Below are positions 38,055-47,881 of a DNA stretch of 64,000 bases, one piece after another. A program made the position numbers and the translations under genes. Position 1 is the first letter of the stretch. Every line of letters starts with the position of its first letter. The notes below the pieces were generated by a model. It worked only from the letters and a program-made list of their open reading frames with translations, ran no database searches and was not told where the DNA came from. This DNA is from Candidatus Kaiserbacteria bacterium (GTDB lineage: Bacteria > Patescibacteriota > Minisyncoccia > Phycocordibacterales > UBA918): positions 99,781 to 163,780 of the forward strand of contig JANPCG010000013.1 of NCBI GenBank assembly GCA_031430855.1, given 5' to 3'.

Positions 38055-39185
38055 ATGATTGATATTGTTATTGACAGAAATTTCAGTTTGAACGAGTTGT
38101 TGCAGCTCGGGAAAAAGGGGTTCAAGGTTTTAAAAACTCCTCATGTAGGAAATCAATACATGAATAATTTAATCATTGCTGTGTTGGGTTTTGATATTTT
38201 GGTGTATGACCGAAACATTGGGTTCAAAGACAAAAATTTCCATCCACAATCTGTCATCTTTAATACACGGGAAGAAAAAATTTTTTCAGAAGCTGGGCTG
38301 ACTATTCACTCAAAAAAGATTCTCATAAAAACTGAGAACTCATTTATAAATGAATTATTGCGCGGCTACACTAATCCAGTTTGTTTTCATAATCATTACT
38401 TTTCACTAGCTTGTAATAACCACAAAATTAGTACTTACTCGGAATTTTTAACTAAACATAAAGAAAAAATAGCTAAGATAATTAGTTATACACATGAATT
38501 ATTCAAAGATGATTGGTATAGATATGTAACAAAAGAACAAGAGGTTGTCAACAAAACTGGCTACGTAAGTGGAGACGCTATACTGGGCTTAACGCATAAT
38601 GATTTTGGATGGATTATTCCAAACATTTATAACGTGTTATTTCATTGTGTGATTGACCAAAAAGAAGGGAAAGTATTTCTTTTGTCTGGGCCAGATATGT
38701 ATAAATATATTTGTGAATATGAAGAGCGACTTTCTCGTTCTTGGAGTTATATAATAAAAGAAATTCCAAGTTTGCCAACTCAGGTACAGTGCTTAATTAT
38801 ACCTGTAGCTAAAATTAGATTTGCTATCCCGGAGAAGTATAAAACGTATTTAGATGATGTTTTGAATACATACAATAAAATTAAGGAGTGTGAGAAAAGG
38901 ATGGTTTCTGATGGCGCACAAAATACAAAATTAAATAATTTGGCATACAAACAAGAACTAGTTTCATCTTTGAAATCAATTTTTCAGAAACGTAAAGCAC
39001 TATTTGAAAGTACTATCTTTTATGATATTCGTAAGGCAAGTTCATTTTCACAGTACGACCTACTTCATGTTAAAAGATTGTATGTTCCTGAAATAGTATT
39101 AACCAAAAAGATTTATGAAATAGAGAGTATGTATGATGAACTTTTGAGATACTTTAAATCGAGCAAATATGTCAATGAAGTATAA
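38055..39185 (+). CDS. hypothetical protein
   Basis: ORF in AT-rich island, no motif recognised. Confidence 0.4.
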   Translation: MIDIVIDRNFSLNELLQLGKKGFKVLKTPHVGNQYMNNLIIAVLGFDILVYDRNIGFKDKNFHPQSVIFNTREEKIFSEAGLTIHSKKILIKTENSFINELLRGYTNPVCFHNHYFSLACNNHKISTYSEFLTKHKEKIAKIISYTHELFKDDWYRYVTKEQEVVNKTGYVSGDAILGLTHNDFGWIIPNIYNVLFHCVIDQKEGKVFLLSGPDMYKYICEYEERLSRSWSYIIKEIPSLPTQVQCLIIPVAKIRFAIPEKYKTYLDDVLNTYNKIKECEKRMVSDGAQNTKLNNLAYKQELVSSLKSIFQKRKALFESTIFYDIRKASSFSQYDLLHVKRLYVPEIVLTKKIYEIESMYDELLRYFKSSKYVNEV

Positions 39186-39927
39186 TGCTTTTCTGTATGA
39201 TTTTGATAACCGTCCATTCCTAAAAGAGGAGGTAAGGTTTTATAGACGCTTTGTTAAAGAACACAACATACGAACATATCTTGAATATGGTGTAGGTACG
39301 GGAAGAATTTTTTCCGTTCTCGCGCCAAAATGTGAGTATGCTGTCGGTGTAGATTTGTCTAATGAAATGCTTAAAGTTTGCAGAGAAAAGGTAAAGCATC
39401 TATCAAACTGCGAACTTATTTACGGTGATTTCTTAAATTATAGGAGCGATAGGGTATTTGATCTTTTGGCTATTCCGTTTAACTCATTTCATCACATACT
39501 AACAAAAAAAGATCAAATAAAGTTTTTACGTACAGTAAAAAAGAGTATGGGTGACAAAAGTCTCTTCATGTTAGATACCGTCAACTATTCAGTCGCGCAA
39601 CCCTTAATTGGAACCGTAAATGAATGGAAGCTTGACTATACTTGCAATAAAAAGGAGTTGCAAGTCGTGCGAACACAAATGCTAACAAGAAGAAATTATA
39701 AAATGAAAACCCTAGAAAAAATTTTCAAATATGAAATTTTTAAACAAGGTATCAGAATAAAAGAAGAAAGTTTTGTTGCAAAAATGAAATTTTCTGAATA
39801 TTCAGATATTGAAGCATTGCTGAAAAAAGTTGGGCTAGAAATCGTTAAGGTGTTTTCTAAGTACGAAGATAATGAGAGCGTTGATGGAAGGAAGGCAATA
39901 TATCTAATTAAGAAAAAGCATGTATAA
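39169..39927 (+). CDS. class I SAM-dependent methyltransferase
   Basis: motif I LEYGVGTGRI and downstream acidic residue. Confidence 0.6.
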   Translation: MSMKYNAFLYDFDNRPFLKEEVRFYRRFVKEHNIRTYLEYGVGTGRIFSVLAPKCEYAVGVDLSNEMLKVCREKVKHLSNCELIYGDFLNYRSDRVFDLLAIPFNSFHHILTKKDQIKFLRTVKKSMGDKSLFMLDTVNYSVAQPLIGTVNEWKLDYTCNKKELQVVRTQMLTRRNYKMKTLEKIFKYEIFKQGIRIKEESFVAKMKFSEYSDIEALLKKVGLEIVKVFSKYEDNESVDGRKAIYLIKKKHV

Positions 39928-41182
39928 TTTAAATCTTAAAAAAGATGTTACAGTTGTTACGTCTCTATACCATAGCCCATTCGATTTGAACTTGCTGTAC
40001 TTAATTCTATTGGGTAAGACTGGAATACATGTAAATATTATTCTAGATGACATAGATAGTCTGGGTTTAAACAAAAGTAAACCACGAGATGTATACACGG
40101 TAGATACGAAATTTCAATATAGTAAAACTGCTCGCTCTAATCTAAGGCCGCTGACTTTTTTACTCCCCAATCATTTATTTGGCGATCTTACCAAGTCAAA
40201 CTTTAAGGCTCTCGATGAAACGTTATCTTTGGTTAAGTTGAAGCAGATATTTGGTGGATCCTTGAACCTGGAATCGATGATACAAAAGTTCACTACTGTC
40301 TTTGGCCAATCGTCAATCGTAGGTCCTGATAAAGCTTTTGGTTTCTGTGAAGTTGACCAGGAATTTATTAACTCAATACAAAAACAAACTCAAAAGGTAT
40401 TAGATTTAATTGTTGAAAATAACTTTTGTGATAACAAAATTTTTGAACGACATAAAAAAATTTTTGCAATCAGACCCTTGAAAGGGGAATTGATAGTTAG
40501 TTATTACTTGAAGTTTTTGGAAAATATTATTGAAATTTTTGACCTACCTAACATTACAATCTCAAAAATGACCTCCTTTGGAAAAAAAAATATTAATCTT
40601 TACAATGATTTTTTGTCTAATCCCAATTTCAGGGATGTATATCAAGAAGCTTTAGTAATTGATGGCAACAAGAGTGAAGGTGACCTACCGTTTTATCTCA
40701 TTGATGAAAAAGACGGAAATAGAATGCTGGTAGTTACTAATGAATGTACAGAAAGCGATTCGTACTTTCTTAGCCCAAAAGTTCTTATGTTGAACAACTT
40801 TATAAATTTAGTTTTGCCTTTCGATGCTCATTCTAAGCAAAATGTTCAAGCTCGGGAAGTGATGTATAAGTCTGGTTTAGTGAACTGTAGCCAGATATTT
40901 TTAAATGACAATTGGCTCAACTATTTAGAAAAGTTTGATATAAAAATTGGACACTATTCAGCCGAGTTCTTTGATAAGAAATTCTGTAAGAAATTAGCGA
41001 TAAATGAAGAAAATCTTGCAGTGCTCACAACTTCTGAAAAAGACAATTTGAGAAACTGGTTTATTGACAGTACTAAAAGTTCAATTGCTCATTTGAAATA
41101 CCCAATACTATTCCTGGTTATTTTTGGTGATGATATTTTCTGTAGAAATCCAGAATCTCTAGATTTCTATGAACTTGGTTAG
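39920..41182 (+). CDS. hypothetical protein
   Basis: ORF, no motif recognised. Confidence 0.4.
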   Translation: MYNLNLKKDVTVVTSLYHSPFDLNLLYLILLGKTGIHVNIILDDIDSLGLNKSKPRDVYTVDTKFQYSKTARSNLRPLTFLLPNHLFGDLTKSNFKALDETLSLVKLKQIFGGSLNLESMIQKFTTVFGQSSIVGPDKAFGFCEVDQEFINSIQKQTQKVLDLIVENNFCDNKIFERHKKIFAIRPLKGELIVSYYLKFLENIIEIFDLPNITISKMTSFGKKNINLYNDFLSNPNFRDVYQEALVIDGNKSEGDLPFYLIDEKDGNRMLVVTNECTESDSYFLSPKVLMLNNFINLVLPFDAHSKQNVQAREVMYKSGLVNCSQIFLNDNWLNYLEKFDIKIGHYSAEFFDKKFCKKLAINEENLAVLTTSEKDNLRNWFIDSTKSSIAHLKYPILFLVIFGDDIFCRNPESLDFYELG

Positions 41183-41185
41183 GGT

Positions 41186-42097
41186 TTATTTATAAACGTA
41201 CTGAATACTTTTATTTTCTGATAATCGAGCTAGACCACTGTACGAAAGAGTTAGTATAATTTTTTCATTATAAATATGAATATTTTTACTGAGTTCAAAT
41301 AGTGAATGATCTGAGGTTTGGTTAAGTATTCTATTTTGATTAGGCAAAAAAGAATCTTCATCAAATTTTGTATATCCACCTGCGACAAGATATTGTCTCC
41401 CTCCCAATCTCTTTAAAATCTGTATAGATGCTGAGAAGTTATCTTTGGATAACGATAATAGATTAGAATTTATATCAGCGTATGTTCCTAAAAAAATCGC
41501 TTCACCAACTCTTAGTTCAATCTTAGTGCCTGATCGAAAATTAATCATATCTATTGAGGGTATAAGATTAGAGCTTCCAAGTGAGACGGTGGTTACATGA
41601 ATGCCATTTCGACTAAATCTATCAACCATTTCTTTCCAAGCATAAAAATACTCGCTTATCGAGAAGTCTTTCTTAAAACACCCGACATTACTTGCTAGTA
41701 TAACTTGTGATAAACCCAACAACTTAAGTTTGATAGTTAGCTTATTTATATCTTGTAAGTCCACTCCTTCACGATCGTCCATTAGGTTCATAAAAATAAT
41801 TTGTGTGTTTCTGCTCTTACTATTTAAAGCGTCAATTGAGTCAATGATTTCTGTTGCACCATATTCTTGATTCGCATTAAAACCTGCAGGAAACCAAATA
41901 TTTTTATACCGCAAAGTCGTAATGTTTTTTTCTTTCAAATCATAAAACAAATCATGTTCTTTAGTGAACGAGGGTAAGTATTCTGTGAGGTCAATTGATT
42001 TTGTAACTACACGCAATGAAACCCTTTTTTCATTCAAAAAAGATTTAATCTTATAAAAATTATCCGTTACACCCTTGTCGTTGACAATCAATTCCAT
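41186..42097 (-). CDS. putative PLP-dependent alanine-racemase-fold (fold-type III) enzyme / amino-acid racemase-like
   Basis: weak: N-terminal LRVVTKS resembles the PLP-lysine region of alanine-racemase-domain proteins; context next to ddl. Confidence 0.3.
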   Translation of the reverse strand: MELIVNDKGVTDNFYKIKSFLNEKRVSLRVVTKSIDLTEYLPSFTKEHDLFYDLKEKNITTLRYKNIWFPAGFNANQEYGATEIIDSIDALNSKSRNTQIIFMNLMDDREGVDLQDINKLTIKLKLLGLSQVILASNVGCFKKDFSISEYFYAWKEMVDRFSRNGIHVTTVSLGSSNLIPSIDMINFRSGTKIELRVGEAIFLGTYADINSNLLSLSKDNFSASIQILKRLGGRQYLVAGGYTKFDEDSFLPNQNRILNQTSDHSLFELSKNIHIYNEKIILTLSYSGLARLSENKSIQYVYK

Positions 42098-42123
42098 TTA
42101 GAGTATTAATTATACAACAAACT

Positions 42124-43116
42124 ATGAAAAAACATAGACTAGTTGTAATTTTTGGTGGCGTATCGAAAGAACATGACGTTTCGCTTATGTCTGCAAAGAA
42201 TTTTTATTATCAAACCAGTAGTGTCTTTGATATTGGACTCATATATATATCTAAAGAAGGTGGGTGGTATATCATGGGTAGTGTTGAAGATGTTGACGAT
42301 CTCACTTTGTTCAATGAGAATCAAGAATCCTGTCTAGATTTACTCCATTCGGCAGATTATGTCTTTCCGATAGTACACGGAAACCAGGGCGAGGACGGTC
42401 AAATTAGCGGCTTTCTTGAATTGATGGGGGTTAAAAATCTTTGCACTGATACTGAATCATCATCTGTTTGCTTTAACAAAAAACTCACAAAAGTCATTGC
42501 ACAAAACAAAAATATTCCAGTTGTGTCATACAAAGCAATGCGAAAGGAGGATGTCTCAGATATGAGCAAATCTTTTCAAGACCTTGAAGCAAGGTTTGGT
42601 GCACCATTTATAATTAAACCAAATCGATCAGGTTCTTCATTTGGTGTCAGTAAGGCTTCTAATGTTGAGAGTTTTGAACACGCAGTTCATGAAGCTTTTA
42701 AATATGATTCCGAAATTATCATTGAAAAATATATTTCAGGTCGAGAGTTATCGTGTGTTATTCTGGGAAACCCAGATAAATATTTAATTACTGGAATTGG
42801 TGAGGACGACACAAAAGGAGATTTTAACACCTATGAAGTTAAGTATTTTTCTGAAAAAGCGGAGTTAATCATACCAGCAAACATTGATCAATGCGTTACA
42901 AAACAAATACAAGAATATTCTGTAACCTTAATGAAAGAACTTAATATTAACGGGTTTGCTAGATATGACTTCTTCCTAAGTGGAGATGATGTATATCTAA
43001 ATGAAATAAACTCATGTCCAGGTATGACAAACCACAGTCTTTTTCCACTTCTTTTGAGTCATAGTCACATCACACTTGCCGATACTGTTAAATTTTTGAT
43101 AGAGAACTATGGATAG
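42124..43116 (+). CDS. ddl: D-alanine--D-alanine ligase family (ATP-grasp)
   Basis: colinear with DdlB: FPIVHGNQGEDGQISGFLELMGV, IIKPNRSGSSFGVSK, EIIIEKYISGRE, LNEINSCPGMTNHSLFP. Confidence 0.85.
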   Translation: MKKHRLVVIFGGVSKEHDVSLMSAKNFYYQTSSVFDIGLIYISKEGGWYIMGSVEDVDDLTLFNENQESCLDLLHSADYVFPIVHGNQGEDGQISGFLELMGVKNLCTDTESSSVCFNKKLTKVIAQNKNIPVVSYKAMRKEDVSDMSKSFQDLEARFGAPFIIKPNRSGSSFGVSKASNVESFEHAVHEAFKYDSEIIIEKYISGRELSCVILGNPDKYLITGIGEDDTKGDFNTYEVKYFSEKAELIIPANIDQCVTKQIQEYSVTLMKELNINGFARYDFFLSGDDVYLNEINSCPGMTNHSLFPLLLSHSHITLADTVKFLIENYG

Positions 43117-44353
43117 GCTATTTTTACGAATTTACGAATTCTTGGCGCTAAGAATCCTCGAGAAATTTAAACCTCTCATAGTTGCGGTTACAGGTACTGT
43201 TGGCAAGACCACAACGAAAGATGCAATATACAATCTGCTATCGAAAGAAATTGATGTTCGTGTTGATAGGTCACCTAAAAGTTACAATTCTGATTTTGGT
43301 GTGCCTGTATCGATTTTTTTAGTAAAAGAGTCAAAGGGTGATATGGTTTCAAAATTCAGAGATTTATTACAAGGCCTCGCAACCTATTTTGGAAATAATT
43401 ACCCAGATATATTGATACTTGAGATTGGAACAAACAGTCCAGGTGACATGAAGAGGATTGCTTCTTGGCTAAAGATTGATATCTTGATTTATACACTTAT
43501 TTCAGACGAATCACCGCATCTTGATACATTTAAAAGTCCTGCTTTGTATTTTGAGGAGAAGATTTCTTTATTGAAGGCAATAAAAAATAATGGCACGTTA
43601 TTGGTAAATACAACAGATGACAAAACAAAGTTCATAGTGAGTGCCGTGCCAGAAAACGTTCGGGTGGAGCTGTATACTCCCAAATCTCTAAAGATTACCA
43701 CAGAGTTTAAATTCGTAGTGCAAAATGGTCAAATAGTTTCTGTATTAGCCGATGCTAGTAGTGATCTACAGGTACAATTTATTAGATGTTTTGGAGTACA
43801 GCATCAAAATGCGTTGCAAATTGCAGTGCATGTTTACAAAACTATTTTTAAAAAACCACCTAACAATTCTATATCCTTGAAGTACGCTTCTGCACCTGGT
43901 CGAATGAATTTATTATTAGGTAAAAACGGCTCATATATTGTTGATGATAGTTTCAATAGCTCTCCTCCTGCGCTTATTAATGCAATTCACGAGACCGCTC
44001 ACGCCTTTGAGCACTTAAAGAAAATTGCTGTTATTGGGGACATGCTAGGTTTAGATACCCGAGAGAAGGTCAATAGAAGAGAAATTTGCCGTTTACTTTC
44101 AAAGAAATATGATACAATCTTGTTTGTTGGCAGTACTTTTAAAGTTGAGGATGTTGAAACAAATGAAGAAAAATATTTATTCTTTACTAATCATGAGTCA
44201 GCCATGCGTGTTCTAATAAACCAAAAATTAGCTAACACAGTGATACTCTTCAAAGGTGCTCAATCGTCACGTTTAGAGAAAATTATTGAGCAGATACTAA
44301 AAAATCCGTTAGATAAAAAATTTCTCTCACGACAAGAAAACTACTGGAATTAG
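43109..44353 (+). CDS. Mur ligase family protein (MurF or CapB-like amide ligase)
   Basis: P-loop IVAVTGTVGKTTTKDAI typical of Mur ligases; overlaps ddl stop (operon). Confidence 0.65.
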   Translation: MDRLFLRIYEFLALRILEKFKPLIVAVTGTVGKTTTKDAIYNLLSKEIDVRVDRSPKSYNSDFGVPVSIFLVKESKGDMVSKFRDLLQGLATYFGNNYPDILILEIGTNSPGDMKRIASWLKIDILIYTLISDESPHLDTFKSPALYFEEKISLLKAIKNNGTLLVNTTDDKTKFIVSAVPENVRVELYTPKSLKITTEFKFVVQNGQIVSVLADASSDLQVQFIRCFGVQHQNALQIAVHVYKTIFKKPPNNSISLKYASAPGRMNLLLGKNGSYIVDDSFNSSPPALINAIHETAHAFEHLKKIAVIGDMLGLDTREKVNRREICRLLSKKYDTILFVGSTFKVEDVETNEEKYLFFTNHESAMRVLINQKLANTVILFKGAQSSRLEKIIEQILKNPLDKKFLSRQENYWN

Positions 44354-44382
44354 GAGCGGTCAGTAATTAATAAAACTACAAC

Positions 44383-45576
44383 ATGAATAAGCTAAATAAA
44401 TCACAATCACAATCATTTAAAGAAAATGGGTTTATCTTAATCGAAAATGCTATTCCCGAAAATGTGATTGTGAATCAATTAGAAGCACTACATGCTTTGT
44501 TTGGTCTCAATGGGCATGAGAAGGCTGAGAGAGATTATTTTGCAACAAACGCAGTAAGTAAGAGCGATCCGGTACTTGATTTTATTGATGATGAAAACTT
44601 TTTCCCATACATCTTAGATCTATTGGGGCCATTCATTCAATTGTCATCATCGCATGTTTTGATTAGGCCGGGCGCAAAAAGTTTTGACCTTCCTATGCAT
44701 GTAGATGGTGGAGCATGTATGGAATCAGTCATACCTGAAGTCGCACATTTTCCGCTACAAGTTAAAGTACAAATCTTTTTGACTGATGTCATAAATGAAG
44801 ACTCAGGCAATTTTGTCCTGGTCCCCGGGTCACATAAAAATAAGTTTCCGTTTTACGATAAAAACTCACTCCTTTCAATGAAAGGAAATTCTGTTCAACT
44901 AGTGGCAAAAAGAGGTGATATTGCTATATTTACCAATAATCTATGGCACAGTGCCGCTGTAAATAACTCACAGAATGACAGAAAGAGTATCATCCTAGGA
45001 TACAGTCAGATGTTTTTGAGGTCTTTTGACTATGTGCAGGCTGATGAAAAAACGCTCAATCGAGCAACGGCGAGACAAAAGCTGCTGCTTGGAGATATTG
45101 GATATATACAGCCTCAAGCGAAGTATTACCCTCCGAGCGATTTTATCACTAAAATTGAAAATATATCTTCTTTTGAGATTGAAGATTTATTGAAAAAAGA
45201 CTGGTCAATTATAAATGGAAACCAATTTCATGGTAACGGTAATAGTGAGAGTTTTAACTTCGAGATGATAAAAGAGGAGGGGGATGATTTTGTTACATGG
45301 GAGCAAGTAGAGTCTCGACTTCCCATATTGGAAGAAAAAAACAGTAAAACATTTGCTACATACGCTGACGCTAAGTTCCTTGTTGATAATCAAGAGTTAA
45401 TTCCATCTTCTCTTACAGAAAAGAATCTTATTTTTGCGGGAACTAAGTTTAAGTCAAGTACAGGCCATCATCACTACTCAGTTTTAAGCTTTGTGAATGG
45501 AAAATGGAAAATGGGTATGTATTGGATACTTTTTGAGTTTCATGAAAACGAATACATGGCATTAAAACCTCTCTAG
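44383..45576 (+). CDS. phytanoyl-CoA dioxygenase (PhyH) family Fe(II)/2-oxoglutarate oxygenase
   Basis: HVDGG (HxD) ... LWHSA (second His) spacing typical of PhyH-like enzymes. Confidence 0.55.
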   Translation: MNKLNKSQSQSFKENGFILIENAIPENVIVNQLEALHALFGLNGHEKAERDYFATNAVSKSDPVLDFIDDENFFPYILDLLGPFIQLSSSHVLIRPGAKSFDLPMHVDGGACMESVIPEVAHFPLQVKVQIFLTDVINEDSGNFVLVPGSHKNKFPFYDKNSLLSMKGNSVQLVAKRGDIAIFTNNLWHSAAVNNSQNDRKSIILGYSQMFLRSFDYVQADEKTLNRATARQKLLLGDIGYIQPQAKYYPPSDFITKIENISSFEIEDLLKKDWSIINGNQFHGNGNSESFNFEMIKEEGDDFVTWEQVESRLPILEEKNSKTFATYADAKFLVDNQELIPSSLTEKNLIFAGTKFKSSTGHHHYSVLSFVNGKWKMGMYWILFEFHENEYMALKPL

Positions 45577-46569
45577 GATGAGTGTATAGATGTTTTCTAA
45601 TGCTAATAAGTACTCACTTGTAATCTCGAAATTATTTTCCATATCCGGTGAGGAATTGTACTCAATTACTGTAAGGTCATTCACGCTAGAAACCTGGTCT
45701 AATTCTTTGGAAATAAACAGATCAAGACCAACCAGGTCAAGTCCTGTTGCAGAAGTCACATATCTGAGTATCTCGTCAAGAACTTTATTCTGATTTCCAA
45801 CAAAGATAGAAGTGCCACCCTTAGACAGGTTTTTTCCAAAAGAGAGTGGGATTCGCACTTTCTCTCCAGCTACGCTTGTCAAAGCGAGGTTCTCTCGCTC
45901 CAAGATAAACTGTACTTGTGAATCGTTTATATTCAACTGTGTATTTCTATTCTTTGATTCGAACTCTGTCTGTTTGTCTGTAATTAAATCTTTGATTGAG
46001 CGTCGACCGTCACCAACAATACTTGACTGAATTCGTTCATAAAACTGTAAGATTTCACCTTTGAATAATACAACCCTGTACTCTCTTGACTCTATATACT
46101 CCTGAACCACGAAGTCAATTTTTTTTTCTGTAAATAAATTAACAATTTTTTTAAATTCTAATGGATTGCTCACCTTGAATAAATTATTACCGCCTGTGCC
46201 TGTGACGGGTTTTATTATGAACCGTGTACCCTTTTCAGAAAAGATACCTGCCACATCATTTATTTCACTGGGAGTGAGTTCTTTCGGAGTAGGGATCTTC
46301 GCATCTTGTAATAGTACTGAAGAAAGCTTCTTGTTGCCTGCTATAAATGATGAAGCTTCATTATTTACATTTAGAGTTCCGTACGCAAAGAAGAACCTTT
46401 TGTTACCAATTTTTATGTAACCCGTATCCTGTTCTCCAGGCAGTAAATTAAACCCATACTTCTTCTTTGAAGAGATTTCTTTTAAGATGTTAGTCACTAT
46501 AGATTTTGATGTATTCATGCTGTTACTTGTATAATAATACATTATTTTGTAAAAAACTCGTATAATCAA
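45562..46569 (-). CDS. ATP-grasp ligase (RimK / glutathione-synthetase-like)
   Basis: FIIKPVTGTGGNNLFKV nucleotide-binding loop and EYIESREYRVVLFKGE block. Confidence 0.6.
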   Translation of the reverse strand: MIIRVFYKIMYYYTSNSMNTSKSIVTNILKEISSKKKYGFNLLPGEQDTGYIKIGNKRFFFAYGTLNVNNEASSFIAGNKKLSSVLLQDAKIPTPKELTPSEINDVAGIFSEKGTRFIIKPVTGTGGNNLFKVSNPLEFKKIVNLFTEKKIDFVVQEYIESREYRVVLFKGEILQFYERIQSSIVGDGRRSIKDLITDKQTEFESKNRNTQLNINDSQVQFILERENLALTSVAGEKVRIPLSFGKNLSKGGTSIFVGNQNKVLDEILRYVTSATGLDLVGLDLFISKELDQVSSVNDLTVIEYNSSPDMENNFEITSEYLLALENIYTLILERF

Positions 46570-46917
46570 ACCCTAGGTTCAGTAATTAAGAATAAGTACC
46601 GCCTAGGCGTATACCCTGTAAACTTACTAGACTTGACCGTATATGGCTCTATCTCAAGATGCCAGCGAGCAAAGAAGAGCGCCCGTCAGGCTCTTTTCTG
46701 TTTTTGATTTGATAGCGGGATAAGAAATGAGAAAGTAAGCAGTCCGGGGGACAATTTGACCTGCCGGGGTACTGAGCGGATCATTTTAATGAGCGAAGCG
46801 ATTATAAAATAAACGATACCTGACCGAGTCCAAGTCTGGCAGCAACAGTTTTGAGGTTTATAATTTAGTACTTTTTTTGACAGGAGAATTACACCCGAAC
46901 TTTGATATACTTCTGGT

Positions 46918-47112
46918 ATGAATCCAATTTTCCTTTTTAAAGAGCTCGGTGTACTAAAGGGAAACAAAACAGTACTAGATGTCGGAGCAAGAGACGGAAG
47001 CATTTCTTCAAGATTTATAGAAATGGGAATGAGCGTTGATGCAATCGACATAAACGAACCCGAAATCAAGATAGAAGAAGTCAATTTTGAAACTATTTCA
47101 GTCGGCAAATGA
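46918..47112 (+). pseudogene. fragment of a SAM-methyltransferase (motif I only)
   Basis: 64 aa ORF VLDVGARDGSISSRF...SVDAIDINE with no remainder of the enzyme; lies in a gene-poor patch. Confidence 0.3.
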
Positions 47113-47363
47113 GGATTCGTCATATTAAAGACAAGATCCAAAGTGCGATTAATTGTACCAATAATAATCTGCGTAGCTGCGGATAGAATACTATGTCACG
47201 GTATTTATCGTGCCATGGAAGCTCTACAATTTTCCATACAGGTGAGGACTGTCAGCGTTTCGAAAAGTGTGGCGCGGACTTAACACTTGTTGCTATTATA
47301 AAACAACAAACAGTATTGAAGCTGTAGCTTTGAGTCTCTAAAACAGCCACAACTTTACTATAA

Positions 47364-47825
47364 TTACGTTAGTCTACTTCTTAAATTAGACACAAATAAA
47401 TTAAAATCTTCAAAAACTTCTACGCCGTATCTATTGCAGGTGATATCCACGTTTCCTTTTCTCCAGAATTCGTTTGTACAAAACACCGCTATCTCTTTCT
47501 TGGCAGCTAACGCTAACCCTAGCTCAAGCAGTGTTATCGGTGATTTTGTATTTGCGTCGAAATAAAAGCAAATTATGTCAGCTGTTTCTAAAATACCCTC
47601 AAGTTCCCAATTAACTTGATCAAAAAATGGTTTGTTTTGTTTGGTCTGCTCCCAAGAAGAGTCCCAGTCATCGCGTCTCGGATTTAGTACCGTAACATCC
47701 AAATCTCCCAGTTCTTGGATTAAGGCTTTCTGCCAATCCTCAGCAGTACCCATTTCGATACTGCCAGCAAAGAAGATTGTTTTATTAGTTTTAATTACCA
47801 TTTCTGGTGGATTTTTAACAATCAT
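47364..47825 (-). CDS. nucleoside 2-deoxyribosyltransferase family protein (DNPH1/Rcl/MilB-like nucleotide N-glycosidase)
   Basis: TIFFAGSIEMG N-terminal motif and ITLLELGLALAAKK with the conserved Glu, as in Rcl/MilB. Confidence 0.6.
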   Translation of the reverse strand: MIVKNPPEMVIKTNKTIFFAGSIEMGTAEDWQKALIQELGDLDVTVLNPRRDDWDSSWEQTKQNKPFFDQVNWELEGILETADIICFYFDANTKSPITLLELGLALAAKKEIAVFCTNEFWRKGNVDITCNRYGVEVFEDFNLFVSNLRSRLT

Positions 47826-47881
47826 AGCTTTTAGATAGTAGCATATATTTTGGTAATACAGTGATATAATAGAGATTAATT

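Noticed and set aside
46686-47141. 151 aa minus-strand ORF
   Set aside because: It has a low-complexity Ser/Leu/Thr-rich translation and overlaps the plus-strand methyltransferase fragment in a gene-decay patch. It was judged non-coding.
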